DNA from: Polyangiaceae bacterium
GTDB lineage: Bacteria; Myxococcota_A; Polyangia; Polyangiales; Polyangiaceae
Length of the DNA stretch: 64,000 bases
Reading direction: 5' to 3'
NCBI GenBank assembly: GCA_033763455.1
Contig: JANRKO010000006.1
Location: forward strand, 288,001 to 352,000
The position numbers were made by a program, and so were the translations under genes. Positions 27,001-35,887 of this stretch are shown here, piece after piece. Under the pieces are notes generated by a model. It worked only from the letters and a program-made list of their open reading frames with translations. It did not search any database and had not been told where the DNA came from. Within the stretch, counting starts at the first letter, position 1. Every line of letters begins with the position of its first letter.

Positions 27001-30000
27001 GGAGAAGTTGATTCGGGTGCGAGAAGCCGAGTTGCTTCACATCCAGGATCCCGAGGCCCGGTTGGCCACGTACCACCGTATGGCTGAGGACGCGGAAGAG
27101 CGACTCATGGATCCGGTGCTTGCCTTCAACATTCACGCGCGGGCACTCAAAGAAAGCCCTCTGGACGAGCGCTCGGGGGAGGAGAGTGAGAGGTTGGCAG
27201 CATTGTTGGATGGCGGCTGGGAACAGCTCGCCAATACCTACGCTGACGTGCTTGCGACTGAAGGTTTGGCGGCTGAGGTTCAGTCTCGTGTCGGGACACG
27301 CTTAGCTCGAGTCTTCGAGGAGGAGTTGGCTGACATCGCCAAGGCGGAGGAAACGTATCGCTATGTGGTGACGGTCGCGCCAGGTGATCCTGATGCGCTA
27401 TTAAATCTCGATCGGATCTACTCCTCGTTGGAGCAGTGGCCGGAGTTGGCAGGCGTTCTAGAGCAACGAGCGTTAGGTGCTGCCGACACGCTCGACAAGG
27501 TTGAGCTCTGCCGCCGTCTAGGTGAGGTTTATGAAGAGCGCCTAGGACGCCTAGAGGATGCGATTCGGGCGTATCGGATGATCTTTGACGGGATCGACAA
27601 GACGAACGAAGACGCTACCCGTGCGTTGGGTCGTATCTACGAGCAAACCGGAGCTTGGTCTGACCTGAACCGTGTTTATCAGCGCGAGCTCGAGAACGCT
27701 GTGGGCGATGTTCAGGAGGCGGAAATCCGGGCGAAGATGGCAGGGCTAGCCTCCGAGCGCTTGGGGGATATTGCTGGCGCGATTGAGGGCTGGAAGCGCG
27801 TTCTTGATCTACGCGGAGAGGATCCCGAGGCTCTTTGGGCCCTCGGAGGCCTGTATCAACAGCAAGGTCAGTGGGCTGAGCTCACTGACGTTCTTGAGCG
27901 GCATTTCGACATAGCGGAAACGGACGAGGAGCGCGTTGGGATCCTGACGCGGCGAGCCCAGCTGTTCTCAGAACAATTGGGGCGCGACGATGATGCTCTG
28001 GAAACCTGGCAGCGGGTTCTTGACATCGACTACTCGAACGTCGTGGCACTCCGTGCCCTGATCGATATTTGGCGGAGTCGCCAGAATGCTGGTGAGCTCA
28101 CGAGCGCCCTGCATGCATTTATCGATCGTGCGGCTTCCCAGGTGGAGCCCACCGATTTGGTGGAGGCGTACCGGGAGCTAGGTAGGCTTTACCAGAAGCT
28201 TGAGCAGCCGGTGGACGCGACGGAAGCCTGGCGCCATCTTTTGGAGGTTGGGCCAGGGGACTTCGAAGCGCTCGCTGGGTTGGAGCAGCTCTACCGCGAG
28301 AGCGAGGACTGGGAAAACGTTGTTGATGTGAAGATGCAGCGGGCCGAGGCCTTGGCGGAAGCGGACGAAAAAGTCCGCGAGCTCATGGAGGTTACCGAAC
28401 TCTGGAAAACGCAGATCGGGTCGGACGATTCCGCCACTCTAGCTTTCCAGAAGATCTTGGAGGTTGCACCTGCCCACGACTTGGCATTCAGCGAATTGGA
28501 GCGCTTGCACACCGCCAAAAATCGCTGGGAGCCCTTGGTTGAGCTTTATCTTAATCGCTTTGAGACACGTGAGGAAACCAAGGAACGCAGCCGCATTCTG
28601 CGCTCGATAGCGAATGTCTTTGAGACGCGCCTTCAGGACAACAATCAAGCGTTTGACGCCTTGATCAACGCGTTCGGAGAGGATTTCGCCGATGATGAAA
28701 CGGCTCGCTACCTTGAGCGCATGGCGCAAGCGACGGGGCGTTGGGGCGAGCTCATTAATACTGCCAATGCCTGGCTGCCCGAGCAAACGGAGACCAAGAA
28801 GAAGATTCGGCTCTGCCTGCGGCTTGGCAAGTGGTACGGCGAAGACCTCGGTCACCCCGAGTACGCGCAACCGTACTACCAGCAAATCATGGCGTTGGAT
28901 CCGAACAACGTGCAGGTGATGCGGCAAATGGCGGCGATTCACCGCATGAGTGGCAACTGGCAGAAGGTTGGTGAAATGCTGACTGCCGCCTTAGATGTTG
29001 CCGTAGCGAGCGATGATCGGAAGGCCATCTTAGTCGACCTGGGCGAGCTGCTCGAAAAGCACATGGGACAGGTGGATCAGGGGATCCCTTATTACAAGCG
29101 TGCGCTCGAAGTGGACCCACACTTCCTGCCCGCACTCGAAGCGTTGGAGCGGCTGTACTCGGAGCGTGGAGATAACCACGAACTGGTGCAGGTTCTGGCG
29201 GCCAAAGTTGGCTCACTCACCGAACCGCGCGCCGTCGTCCGGGACAAGCTTCGGATGGCCGAGATTTACGAGACTTCGCTGCGTGATTCTGAACGCGCTG
29301 CCGGCGTGTATCGCGAAATTGTGGAACTTGACGGCCGAAATCTCCAGGCGCTGCGAGGGTTAGAGAGGATCTCTGACGCTTTGCATAACTGGACTGAGCT
29401 TGTGGACGTGCTTGGTCGGCAGTTAGACGTTGTGGAAAGCGAGCGCGAGCGTGTGGAAGCGCTTTTGAAGCTGGCGCGAGTGAATGAGGAGCAATTTCTC
29501 AAGTTCGACGTTGCGGCGCAGCGCCTGGAACAAGCGCTAGAGATTTTCCCCGCAGAAGCGCGAGCCTATGAAGGCCTTGAGCGCTGCTATCGGCGGCGAA
29601 AGCAATGGCCAGAGTTGGTGAACGCGTATGAGCGGCACATCACTGAGGCGGCGGATCTGGAGAAGAAGATCCAGCTCTACGGGCATATCGCGGAAGTGTA
29701 CGCGCATGAACTCGATGACCCCCAGTTGGCCATCGACGCATACCAGAACATCGTAGATCTCGATGATACGAATGTTGCGGCGCTTGAGGCCCTAGGTAAG
29801 CTCTACGAGAAGCAGGAAGACTCAGCCCGTGCCATCGAAACGATGACGCGGGTTGCCGATCTAACCACTGACGGCAAGCAGCGCGTGGAGATGTATTACC
29901 GCATTGGCCGCGCCATGGAGGAAAAGCTTGGCGATAGGTTCGGTGCGCGTGAACGCTTCGAAATGGCGCTGGATTTGGAGCCCGCGCATCTGCCCACACT

Positions 30001-32386
30001 CGCAGCGCTCCGGGCGATTGCCGTGGACGAAGCGGACTGGGATCGTGCCACTCGCTATCTTGAACAAGAGCAGGAGCATACTGAGTCTCCGCGCGCACGC
30101 GCCAAGCTTTTGGTTGAGCTTGGGAAGATCCGCGAAGACATGCTTTCCGAGCACGAAAGAGCTGTGGAGGCGTTTGAGCTCGCGCTGAAGTTTGATGCGG
30201 ACAACGAGGATGCCGCGCTGCCGCTTGTGGCTGAATACAGTCGTACCGAGCGTTGGAGCGAAGCCGAGCCGTTGGCTGAGCTTCTGGTCCGGAAGTCCAG
30301 CCGCCGGGACCGGGGTGAGCAGCATGCTCTTTACAAGCAGCTTGGTAAGGTGCACGCAGCCCAGAAGCACCACGAAAAGGCGCTCAAGGCATATCAGCAA
30401 GCCAACCAGCTTGACCTTACGGATCAGGAAAGCATCCGTGGCATTGCCGACATGGCATTTGAGCTTCAGGATTGGGCGAGCGCTCTCACCAACTACCAGA
30501 AGGTGCTGACCGCACTTGGTGAAGACGACGTCGACGAACGAACGGATGTCTACTTCCGCCTGGGGTGCATCAAGCGGGAACAAGGCCAGGCAAAGCAGGC
30601 GATCAATAACTTTGAAAAGGCCTTGGGCCTAAATCCCGAGCATCGGCCCACGTTGGAGGGGTTGATCGACACGTACCTCAAAGCTGGGGATTTCAAGCAA
30701 GTAGCGGCCTACAAGCGCCAGGTGCTCGACAGCACGTTTGACGGTGCGGAGCGCTTCAAGATCTTGGTTGAGATCGGTGACCTTTGGGCCGAAAAAGACA
30801 ACAACGCCCTCAAGGCCATCGGCGCGTTTGAAGAGGCTCTTGAGCTTGAGCCCCAGAACCACGTGCTGTTGCACAAACTGCTCGCACTCTACCAGCAAGC
30901 CAGCGAGTGGCAGAAGATGGTGGATACCATCGCAGCCATTGCTGATCTGGAACAAAAGCCCGAGTTGAAGGCCCGGTACATCTACACGCAGGCGCAGATC
31001 TATCGTGACAAAGTGGGCGATGCTGAGCGAGCGGTGGAGCTGTTCAACGAATCACTGGATCTTAACCCGGACTACCTTGAGGCATTCGAGCGCATTAACA
31101 AGATCCTCACCACGGGCAAAGACTGGAAGCAGCTAGAGCGCTCTTACCGCAAGATGCTGCACCGCATCGCCGGCAAGGGGAATTCGGATCTCGAGCACAC
31201 GTTGTGGCATCAGCTGGGCCTCATCTATCGCGATCGTATGCAGGCGACGGAGCAGGCGATCGACGCTTTCCGAATGGCAGCCCAGACAAAGGCGGGTGTT
31301 CCTATCGTTCACCAGATTTTGGCCGAATTGTATGAGCTCAGCGAGCGCTACGACGAAGCCATTGTTGAGCAGCGTGTAATTCTCGGGGGTGACCCGCTTT
31401 CTGTAGACACCTACCGAAACTTGTATCGACTCTACTTGCACAAGCAGGCCTATGATCAGGCTTGGTGCCAAGCAGCGGCACTCGCATTCTTGGGCAAAGC
31501 GGAAGGCGAGGAGCTGCAGTTCTTCGAGGACTACCGGCCGAGTGGGATGTTGGCTGTTCAGGGGCGCCTGAGCAATGAGCTTTGGGTGAAACACCTCATG
31601 CACCCTGACGGGAGCATGTACATCTCTCGAATTTTTGAATTCATCGTTCCCGCAGCGCTGCAGGCAAAGGTGGCGCAGTTGAGGGCGCAGTCGAAGCTAC
31701 CCGTGCTTGACAAGCGGTTTAAGCAAGATCCCGCAACCTCTACGGTGACGTTCGCCAAAACGTTTGGTTGGGCAGCGCAAGTGCTGTCATTGCAGTCGCC
31801 GGAGTTGTACGTCCGAAGCGACGTTCCGGGGGCTATTGTGCCGGTTGCGTCGGCGCCCCCGGCGTCGGTGGCGGGCCAATCTGTGTTGAGCGGCTTCTCG
31901 CCGCAGGAATTGGCCTTCATCTGTGGCAAACACCTCGCCACCTATCGGGCGGAGTATTACATTCGTTCGCTGTTCCCCACTCAGGCCGAGCTCACCGTGA
32001 TGCTTTTTGCTGGTGTATTTCTGGCAGTGCCCGGCACGCCGGTGCCTCCAGAGATGGCCCAGCAAGTTCAGGCGACGGCGCAGGAGCTTGCTAAGTACCT
32101 GCAGCCGGTGCAGCTAGAAGGGTTGCGGCTCGTGGTGAAGAAATTCCTCGAAGACGGCGCCAAGGTGAACATCAAGCGCTGGAGTCAGGCTGCCGAGCTT
32201 ACGGCGTGTCGCGCTGGGTTAGTGGTTTCGGGGGACCTTGATATCGCCAAGAAGATCTTGGCGGCGGAGCCTCAACTTCCAGGAGATCCGACCCCAGCAG
32301 AGAAGCTCTCTGAGCTGCTCAAGTTCTCAACCAGCGAAGACTACTCCCAGATCCGCAAAGCTTTGGGTGTGGCCATTCAAGCTTAA
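21014..32386 (+). CDS. gltI: Giant cytoplasmic TPR protein GltI (AgmK), 3790 aa
   Basis: Dozens of repeats of the type AI..Y..VLE.DP....AL.AL.RLY....W..L...L; no signal peptide; C-terminal R.F.CG...RAGL..GDL..A motif; position after gltG. Confidence 0.85.
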   Translation: MNLEQRLNELESHNDWQGLVDALEGALAASTQAEEQAALHLRLGHVLHARFLHGVRALKHFQDAFKLNPTLLEALAAARGIYWELGKLNMVQKLLELQLKSTSDAKAASALQRELGNVFADEGAYERAAETYAKALAGAAGNAGEIGALLEDVQLGADQWQERIATLLRTAHGEANAATRAMYFVRASRIAQRFAPSEREAMLAQAYAADPTNVVVSTLYEGLLSDTERAESILAAQREILGKLENKAARGEAAFVFATRWALRHQNPEVASELFEDSLRLDPSKEAAFAYLRENYGARGGDWARVIRLADELGDRSTEGRRVAYLLAEGGTLAWRQLGDLIKARGFFERLAKLDPSHPSLLAFEAQIGEKLAGAALAGKPPTEVSATVAESSGAGTAKGEPSSNDVGSSADVRSSEGAPAPEAGVQVAAEPPPATEPKAAAVPAAARAPEVSEAQISKLRSQLAAQEEAKRYNEYVKTLVALGDAISDPTERVELYTKAADLYVNKFVNQAEAVKAYEKVFELEPSNALAVSYLREMYEKRRDWEKLISLRQREAEGLSNAHDRAVAYKEIALLATERLKKPEVCVGLWAIVLENDADDIEALNSLAQLYERSREYEKIADVLERLAELTHDTTEKVEILNKLGQVAGDRLKDDARAVEAYRTLLILQPDDRKAQEQLKKRYVTLGRWDDLEVFYSESGKWDEFIRVLETNESRAETPEQRIGMLMKVAELWMTQKGKPDRAARAYEKVLSLDANNLDAAERLMPLYMSANNPKGLASAIEVRLGHVSEPEDRLALLREVAALYEGRINDKDSAFERYLAAFQIAQTDEQSQADLERIAKSTGRWADVITAYRSAVSDADSSGDRDAATALRLRLGRVLVEEVQKVEEALVEYRAVYESEPTNESALGALEKLYRQTERWRDLLEVYTQKQQLADDPDQRKRILFGIAALHENELGAAASAIETYQSVLEDDPTDITALGALDRLYQLTEQWDAYADVLRRRIELDSSAEELVDLKFRLAKTLGSHLRDDAGALENYREILFLNPDHEGSRLALEGLLKHKTLRAEAASILENIYEAQESWENLIGALEILAETTDEVPRRVQLLRKISATAAGQLGNVERALKAQARALKEDPSLAESRLELEQLAEQANAYDPLIQIYSSIAADLVDPDLAREYWIRLAAIQERLGRVDAAAASYEKVLSIDPSDAEALQSMEALYRGTGHWDELIGVFRRRIELADGSEREALYAQMAQVYEEKLAKPQEAILAYREVLSLDPTSQVALTALDGLLTRREAWVELAENLETQLSLADTESAQLSLMLRLAALRETKMNEVEAAIEGYRQVLDRDSVNRQALEALERLGQNEAHSLLIAEILEPLYRGQGDFQKLVQVHEVQVGRTEDVSRKVELLHQIAALQEDAGNDVSAAFDTYARALAVDPSHAGTQEALDRLARVSSRFQDLAAVFERLASAQKEPELGSQLFTFAARVYEADVGDVERAIELYRKVLEIDPTSLHAAEALQMLFQSTQRYADMSLILQRKADILDDVSDQKSALYQAASIEEQVLERPQSAIGVYLKILEIDGEDSRSIDALIKLYLGLSRWEELLSVYSKKADLLEDAEEKKLILYQVGAVYERELRDVSRAIDTYQRVLELDPDDVSALGRLDVLYQSAENWQELLSVLTHEAELTSDPNEAVSFQYRIAELYEKHLADVERAVELYREILNIQPDHDPTVAALEAIKNGKQAPLAAASVLEPVYEAMGHWEGLISVLEVQQNAQQDAFAQVDLLHRIARLFEENLRNLERAFDTYSRAVSVDSQNEDTLAALERLATMTGQWPRVAQIYDAELRKLESEPARFIELGLRVAQVYEVQLEQTENAIQRYRQVLELEPENQSAVRALDRLFTQTERWQELSEILAREAEIGQSPDEILEFKYRLGQTLQLRLGDLDRAIQSYQEVLSAAPEHAPTLGALEALFESGVKQLEVGAILEPLYQAANEWEKLIRVREAELLHIQDPEARLATYHRMAEDAEERLMDPVLAFNIHARALKESPLDERSGEESERLAALLDGGWEQLANTYADVLATEGLAAEVQSRVGTRLARVFEEELADIAKAEETYRYVVTVAPGDPDALLNLDRIYSSLEQWPELAGVLEQRALGAADTLDKVELCRRLGEVYEERLGRLEDAIRAYRMIFDGIDKTNEDATRALGRIYEQTGAWSDLNRVYQRELENAVGDVQEAEIRAKMAGLASERLGDIAGAIEGWKRVLDLRGEDPEALWALGGLYQQQGQWAELTDVLERHFDIAETDEERVGILTRRAQLFSEQLGRDDDALETWQRVLDIDYSNVVALRALIDIWRSRQNAGELTSALHAFIDRAASQVEPTDLVEAYRELGRLYQKLEQPVDATEAWRHLLEVGPGDFEALAGLEQLYRESEDWENVVDVKMQRAEALAEADEKVRELMEVTELWKTQIGSDDSATLAFQKILEVAPAHDLAFSELERLHTAKNRWEPLVELYLNRFETREETKERSRILRSIANVFETRLQDNNQAFDALINAFGEDFADDETARYLERMAQATGRWGELINTANAWLPEQTETKKKIRLCLRLGKWYGEDLGHPEYAQPYYQQIMALDPNNVQVMRQMAAIHRMSGNWQKVGEMLTAALDVAVASDDRKAILVDLGELLEKHMGQVDQGIPYYKRALEVDPHFLPALEALERLYSERGDNHELVQVLAAKVGSLTEPRAVVRDKLRMAEIYETSLRDSERAAGVYREIVELDGRNLQALRGLERISDALHNWTELVDVLGRQLDVVESERERVEALLKLARVNEEQFLKFDVAAQRLEQALEIFPAEARAYEGLERCYRRRKQWPELVNAYERHITEAADLEKKIQLYGHIAEVYAHELDDPQLAIDAYQNIVDLDDTNVAALEALGKLYEKQEDSARAIETMTRVADLTTDGKQRVEMYYRIGRAMEEKLGDRFGARERFEMALDLEPAHLPTLAALRAIAVDEADWDRATRYLEQEQEHTESPRARAKLLVELGKIREDMLSEHERAVEAFELALKFDADNEDAALPLVAEYSRTERWSEAEPLAELLVRKSSRRDRGEQHALYKQLGKVHAAQKHHEKALKAYQQANQLDLTDQESIRGIADMAFELQDWASALTNYQKVLTALGEDDVDERTDVYFRLGCIKREQGQAKQAINNFEKALGLNPEHRPTLEGLIDTYLKAGDFKQVAAYKRQVLDSTFDGAERFKILVEIGDLWAEKDNNALKAIGAFEEALELEPQNHVLLHKLLALYQQASEWQKMVDTIAAIADLEQKPELKARYIYTQAQIYRDKVGDAERAVELFNESLDLNPDYLEAFERINKILTTGKDWKQLERSYRKMLHRIAGKGNSDLEHTLWHQLGLIYRDRMQATEQAIDAFRMAAQTKAGVPIVHQILAELYELSERYDEAIVEQRVILGGDPLSVDTYRNLYRLYLHKQAYDQAWCQAAALAFLGKAEGEELQFFEDYRPSGMLAVQGRLSNELWVKHLMHPDGSMYISRIFEFIVPAALQAKVAQLRAQSKLPVLDKRFKQDPATSTVTFAKTFGWAAQVLSLQSPELYVRSDVPGAIVPVASAPPASVAGQSVLSGFSPQELAFICGKHLATYRAEYYIRSLFPTQAELTVMLFAGVFLAVPGTPVPPEMAQQVQATAQELAKYLQPVQLEGLRLVVKKFLEDGAKVNIKRWSQAAELTACRAGLVVSGDLDIAKKILAAEPQLPGDPTPAEKLSELLKFSTSEDYSQIRKALGVAIQA

Positions 32387-32404
32387 CGTCACCTGCGCGT
32401 TCGT

Positions 32405-32430
32405 GCGGGTCACGCTTAGGCGTGACTCGC
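32405..32430 (+). terminator. Hairpin between convergent gltI and OM barrel genes
   Basis: GCGGGTCACGC-TTAG-GCGTGACTCGC (11 bp with one G-U); no U tract. Confidence 0.35.
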
Positions 32431-32569
32431 CGTGCGTCCCGTTATTGAGTGCAGTGAAGGGCGCACGCCGTTAACGTGATTTGTTGACGCATGATCGGCG
32501 GGCCCCCCGGGAGTAGACATCGGGGTCTGTTGGGAGGGGGCGGCGGGAGCTTCTGCAGTTACAGGCTAG

Positions 32570-33226
32570 CTACTTGCGTGATGTGGTTGTGAGGCCGACC
32601 CGAAGGCCGCCGAGCAATCGAAAGTGGGCCGCTCCCTCGGAACCATCGCTCGGAACAGTTTGGTTCTGGCCGACCGTAAGTTCTGCGAATGGGCCAAGGA
32701 GTATCGAGCTACCTAGGTACCAATCGGCTCCGAGCCCCAGGCGAGCCCATTCGGGACCCGAGAAGCTCAGCTCCGTGCCGGTGACTTTCACCGACGTGAA
32801 GCTGTAACCCATACCAAAGGAAGCCCAAGGATCTAGGCGGGTACCCTGCGTTAGACGATAAGTAACGCTCGGGCCAAAGGCTACGCTGTGCCCTGAGCAT
32901 CCTGAGCAGCTGGATGGCGCTGAATATTCGTCCCAGTGCCCCCAAAGCCCTAGCGCTACGTCACGGCTAAGGCCGTATAATGCTTCGCCCCCGATACTCG
33001 GGCCCGAGCCGAGGGAGCGCCGAACGGCTTTGCCCTCGCTCAATTCACCCCAAACATCGACCCAACTTGCACTCGCAAAAAGTTGGAGAGATTGCGACAA
33101 CGTATCGGGTGCATCAGGGATTTCCACCTGCTCCGCCTCGGCCGCCGAGCCCTCAGCCCATGCGGTTGACGTTGTGCCAAGAACAGCGGCAAGACTGAGG
33201 AAGGTTGCCGCGGAGGGTTTTAACAT
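32570..33226 (-). CDS. Small outer-membrane beta-barrel protein (about 8 strands)
   Basis: Signal peptide (..TSTAWA/E) and amphipathic strands (ALGLWGHWDEY, LDPWASFGMGY, ARLGLGADWY, LGPFAEL). Start ATG 33226; the track gives 33259. Confidence 0.65.
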   Translation of the reverse strand: MLKPSAATFLSLAAVLGTTSTAWAEGSAAEAEQVEIPDAPDTLSQSLQLFASASWVDVWGELSEGKAVRRSLGSGPSIGGEALYGLSRDVALGLWGHWDEYSAPSSCSGCSGHSVAFGPSVTYRLTQGTRLDPWASFGMGYSFTSVKVTGTELSFSGPEWARLGLGADWYLGSSILLGPFAELTVGQNQTVPSDGSEGAAHFRLLGGLRVGLTTTSRK

Positions 33227-33316
33227 GGGCGGGACTATATCAAAGGGCGATCGCGACACTAGCTCGGTTCCAAGGGTTAGGTATTACCCTACACAATTCG
33301 CGCAACTTCCCCCAGC

Positions 33317-34651
33317 GTGCGCCGAACTGAGGCCATGCAATCCCATGATCCGCCTCCGAGCGAGGCTTGCCCCAACACTTTGGAGCTCAACCATTCTGGA
33401 CGCAAAGGACCCTGGATCCTCCAGCTGGGCGGGGTCGGGGGCGACTCCGCACGTTTGCTAGAGGTCGGCCGCACTTTGACCCTAGGAACCTCACTAGTCG
33501 CAGACATCCGCGTTAACGATCCTACGGTGAGTGCTCGGCACTGTACGCTGGAGGTCACGCATCTAGGCGTCGAAGTACGCGACCTCGATTCGACCAACGG
33601 GACGTTCGTCGGCTCAGCACGTGTGGGCAGAGCGCTGCTTACCAAGGCCGAATCAGTAGTGGTGGTCGGACGCACGACGTTGGCGTTTTATCCACCGGGA
33701 AGCTCCGACAAAGTCGAGGAAGTCGAGCCGATACCTGGCATGGTGGGTAGGAGCCCCGCGATGCAGCGCTTGTACCGGGAGTTGCGGCAGTTTGCGGGGA
33801 GGCGCGGGAATATCTTGCTTCAGGGGGAATCGGGCAGTGGTAAGGAAGTTGTGGCCCACGCGATCCACCGCTTGAGTGGGCGTTCGGGTGAATTCGTTGC
33901 TCAGAACGCCTCGTGCTTGCCCGAAGCTCTAGCGGATGCAACGTTGTTCGGCTCGCGAAAGGGTGCATTTACGGGTGCATTGGCGGACCGCCCGGGGGTC
34001 TTTCAAGCCGCGGATCGGGGGACGCTGTTTCTGGACGAAGTGGTGGACCTGTCGTTGGCGGTCCAATCCAAGCTCTTAAGAGCCGTGGAGGAGGGAGCTG
34101 TCCGACCGGTGGGAGGTGTCGCTTCGGTTCAGCTCGACGTGAGGCTGGTGTCTGCCTGCTGGGCGGATTTAGAAGAACGGGTGCGAGCGGGGGCCTTTCG
34201 TTCGGATCTTTTCTATCGGATAGCGACCACCGTGATCCGCGTACCCTCGCTTCGGGAACGCAAGGCAGATATCGCGGACCTCAGCTCCGTCTTGCTCAAG
34301 CGCCGGCTGAGCGATCTTGGACCCAAACGACTCAGTTCCGATGCCCTGGCGCGCCTCGTGGACTACGGGTGGCCGGGTAATGTGCGCGAGCTCGATAATG
34401 TAGTTTACGCGGCCGCCGTGCGTGCTCCCACCGAGAGCATCTCGGCGAGCCATATACAACTTCCGAAGATCCAACGCGTTTCGCGTCATCCAGATTCTGC
34501 AATTAACCGAAAGCCGTCAGATTTTAGAGCTCTCTTGGACCAAAATTCTGGGAATATGAGTGCTGCAGCACGTGCCGCAGGGCTCCCACGTAGCACGTTT
34601 CGAGCACGCCTGATGCGGCGCCTGAACGAGGGCCCTGCCGATGGGGGTTAA
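33317..34651 (+). CDS. FHA-domain sigma54-dependent enhancer-binding protein
   Basis: FHA (VSARHC...DLDSTNGTF), Walker A GESGSGKE, GAFTGA, LFLDEV, WPGNVREL, Fis-type HTH. Start uncertain (33317 or 33335). Confidence 0.9.
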   Translation: MRRTEAMQSHDPPPSEACPNTLELNHSGRKGPWILQLGGVGGDSARLLEVGRTLTLGTSLVADIRVNDPTVSARHCTLEVTHLGVEVRDLDSTNGTFVGSARVGRALLTKAESVVVVGRTTLAFYPPGSSDKVEEVEPIPGMVGRSPAMQRLYRELRQFAGRRGNILLQGESGSGKEVVAHAIHRLSGRSGEFVAQNASCLPEALADATLFGSRKGAFTGALADRPGVFQAADRGTLFLDEVVDLSLAVQSKLLRAVEEGAVRPVGGVASVQLDVRLVSACWADLEERVRAGAFRSDLFYRIATTVIRVPSLRERKADIADLSSVLLKRRLSDLGPKRLSSDALARLVDYGWPGNVRELDNVVYAAAVRAPTESISASHIQLPKIQRVSRHPDSAINRKPSDFRALLDQNSGNMSAAARAAGLPRSTFRARLMRRLNEGPADGG

Positions 34652-34689
34652 CTCGTACGGTCGAGATTGAGCCCGGCAACCGTGGAGGC

Positions 34690-35841
34690 TTAGAAGGAGC
34701 CGCTCACGCTCAACCCAGCATACGAAGGGCCTACGCTCGGAGTCACGGTGACGTGTTCCACGGGCGCCCAGCTTTTTGCGGCGACGGCTTCGCTGTCATC
34801 GCTGTGCGATGTGTCGACGACGTAGTAGATAACCGTGCCGACAGCCGCGGCGCCGCCGAGCGAGAATCCGACGATGGAGGCGATCTTCATCGCATCTCCG
34901 TTGTTGACGTTGTCTTTGTAGATGTCGCACGCGTGTTTGTAGTCGTTGGCTCGTGCGGGGCCCCGCTGCGCCGAGATGTCCCCAATTCGGGTGCAAATCC
35001 CACTGGGAGGCTCCATGTCCTTCTTGGCTTCATTTTCGATCAGCACAGCCGTTTCGTCAGCGTGGGCGTAGCTCGATTTGGAGGCCAAAGAAAAAGCTAT
35101 GCCGCCGCCGATGCCCCCAACTGCGAGCCCCGTGGTAAGCCAAGCTACTGGGTGAGTAGCGAACCAGTGCCCGACGTTTTTGGAGCTCTCCTTCGCTTCC
35201 GCTTTGGGCGCTTCGGTGTGCTTGGCTGCTCCTCCGTCGTCGGTTGCTCCGGGCAGCGCTTCTTCTCCTTCAGACTGGAGCTTTAGCGAGAGCTTAGTCG
35301 AGGTGCTATCTCCAGCCTCCACGCTGATGGTGGAGGTAACTTCTTTTCCAGCCTTGCGCGCGGTGAGCGTGTGCGAACCGGGCACAAGATAGATGGGGCC
35401 AGGAAGCGGAGATGTTCCGCGTGCTTTGCCGTCGACCAATATATCCGCGTCCGCTTCATCGACGTTGACGGTGACTTCCGCCACCATGCGTTTGGCGTCG
35501 AATAACCCAGTGGTAGCAGCTTGGCGTTCCTCGGCTCTGGCTTCCTTGGCCGTCCGCAGATATTCGGAGAAATGATCCGCCGCGTCCGCCTCGTGACCCG
35601 AGCGAAGTTCGCTTTGCGCCAGATTCAGGAGCACTGCAGGATGCTTCTTGAGAGCATACGCTTGGAGAAAGGCAGCCCGGGCTTTTGTGAATTGCTTGGC
35701 ATCAAAGAAGTCAATGCCTTCCTTGAAGCGCTGGCGGGCCATCTCGACCGTAGGGTCGTCGTCCTGGGCCCACACGGGCCGCGCGGAAAGAGCGATGCAC
35801 AGCCCACACAAAATCAGGACTAGGTAGCGAAGTTGCGTCAT
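34690..35841 (-). CDS. Exported TPR + PEGA domain protein with a Gly-rich hydrophobic C-terminus ending in a beta-signal-like strand
   Basis: Signal peptide; TPRs (ARQRFKEG..FDAKQF..A..AF..AY, VLLNLAQ); PEGA (ILVDGKARGTSPLPGPIYLVPGSHTL); ends GLSVSGSF. Confidence 0.8.
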   Translation of the reverse strand: MTQLRYLVLILCGLCIALSARPVWAQDDDPTVEMARQRFKEGIDFFDAKQFTKARAAFLQAYALKKHPAVLLNLAQSELRSGHEADAADHFSEYLRTAKEARAEERQAATTGLFDAKRMVAEVTVNVDEADADILVDGKARGTSPLPGPIYLVPGSHTLTARKAGKEVTSTISVEAGDSTSTKLSLKLQSEGEEALPGATDDGGAAKHTEAPKAEAKESSKNVGHWFATHPVAWLTTGLAVGGIGGGIAFSLASKSSYAHADETAVLIENEAKKDMEPPSGICTRIGDISAQRGPARANDYKHACDIYKDNVNNGDAMKIASIVGFSLGGAAAVGTVIYYVVDTSHSDDSEAVAAKSWAPVEHVTVTPSVGPSYAGLSVSGSF

Positions 35842-35887
35842 CTGGAGCGTCGGGAGTCTATCCGCTTGGTAATGAAAAGACAGGCTG

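Noticed and set aside
21212..32094. Many antisense or out-of-frame ORFs inside gltI
   Set aside because: Expected shadows in GC-rich coding DNA, with no recognisable domains.
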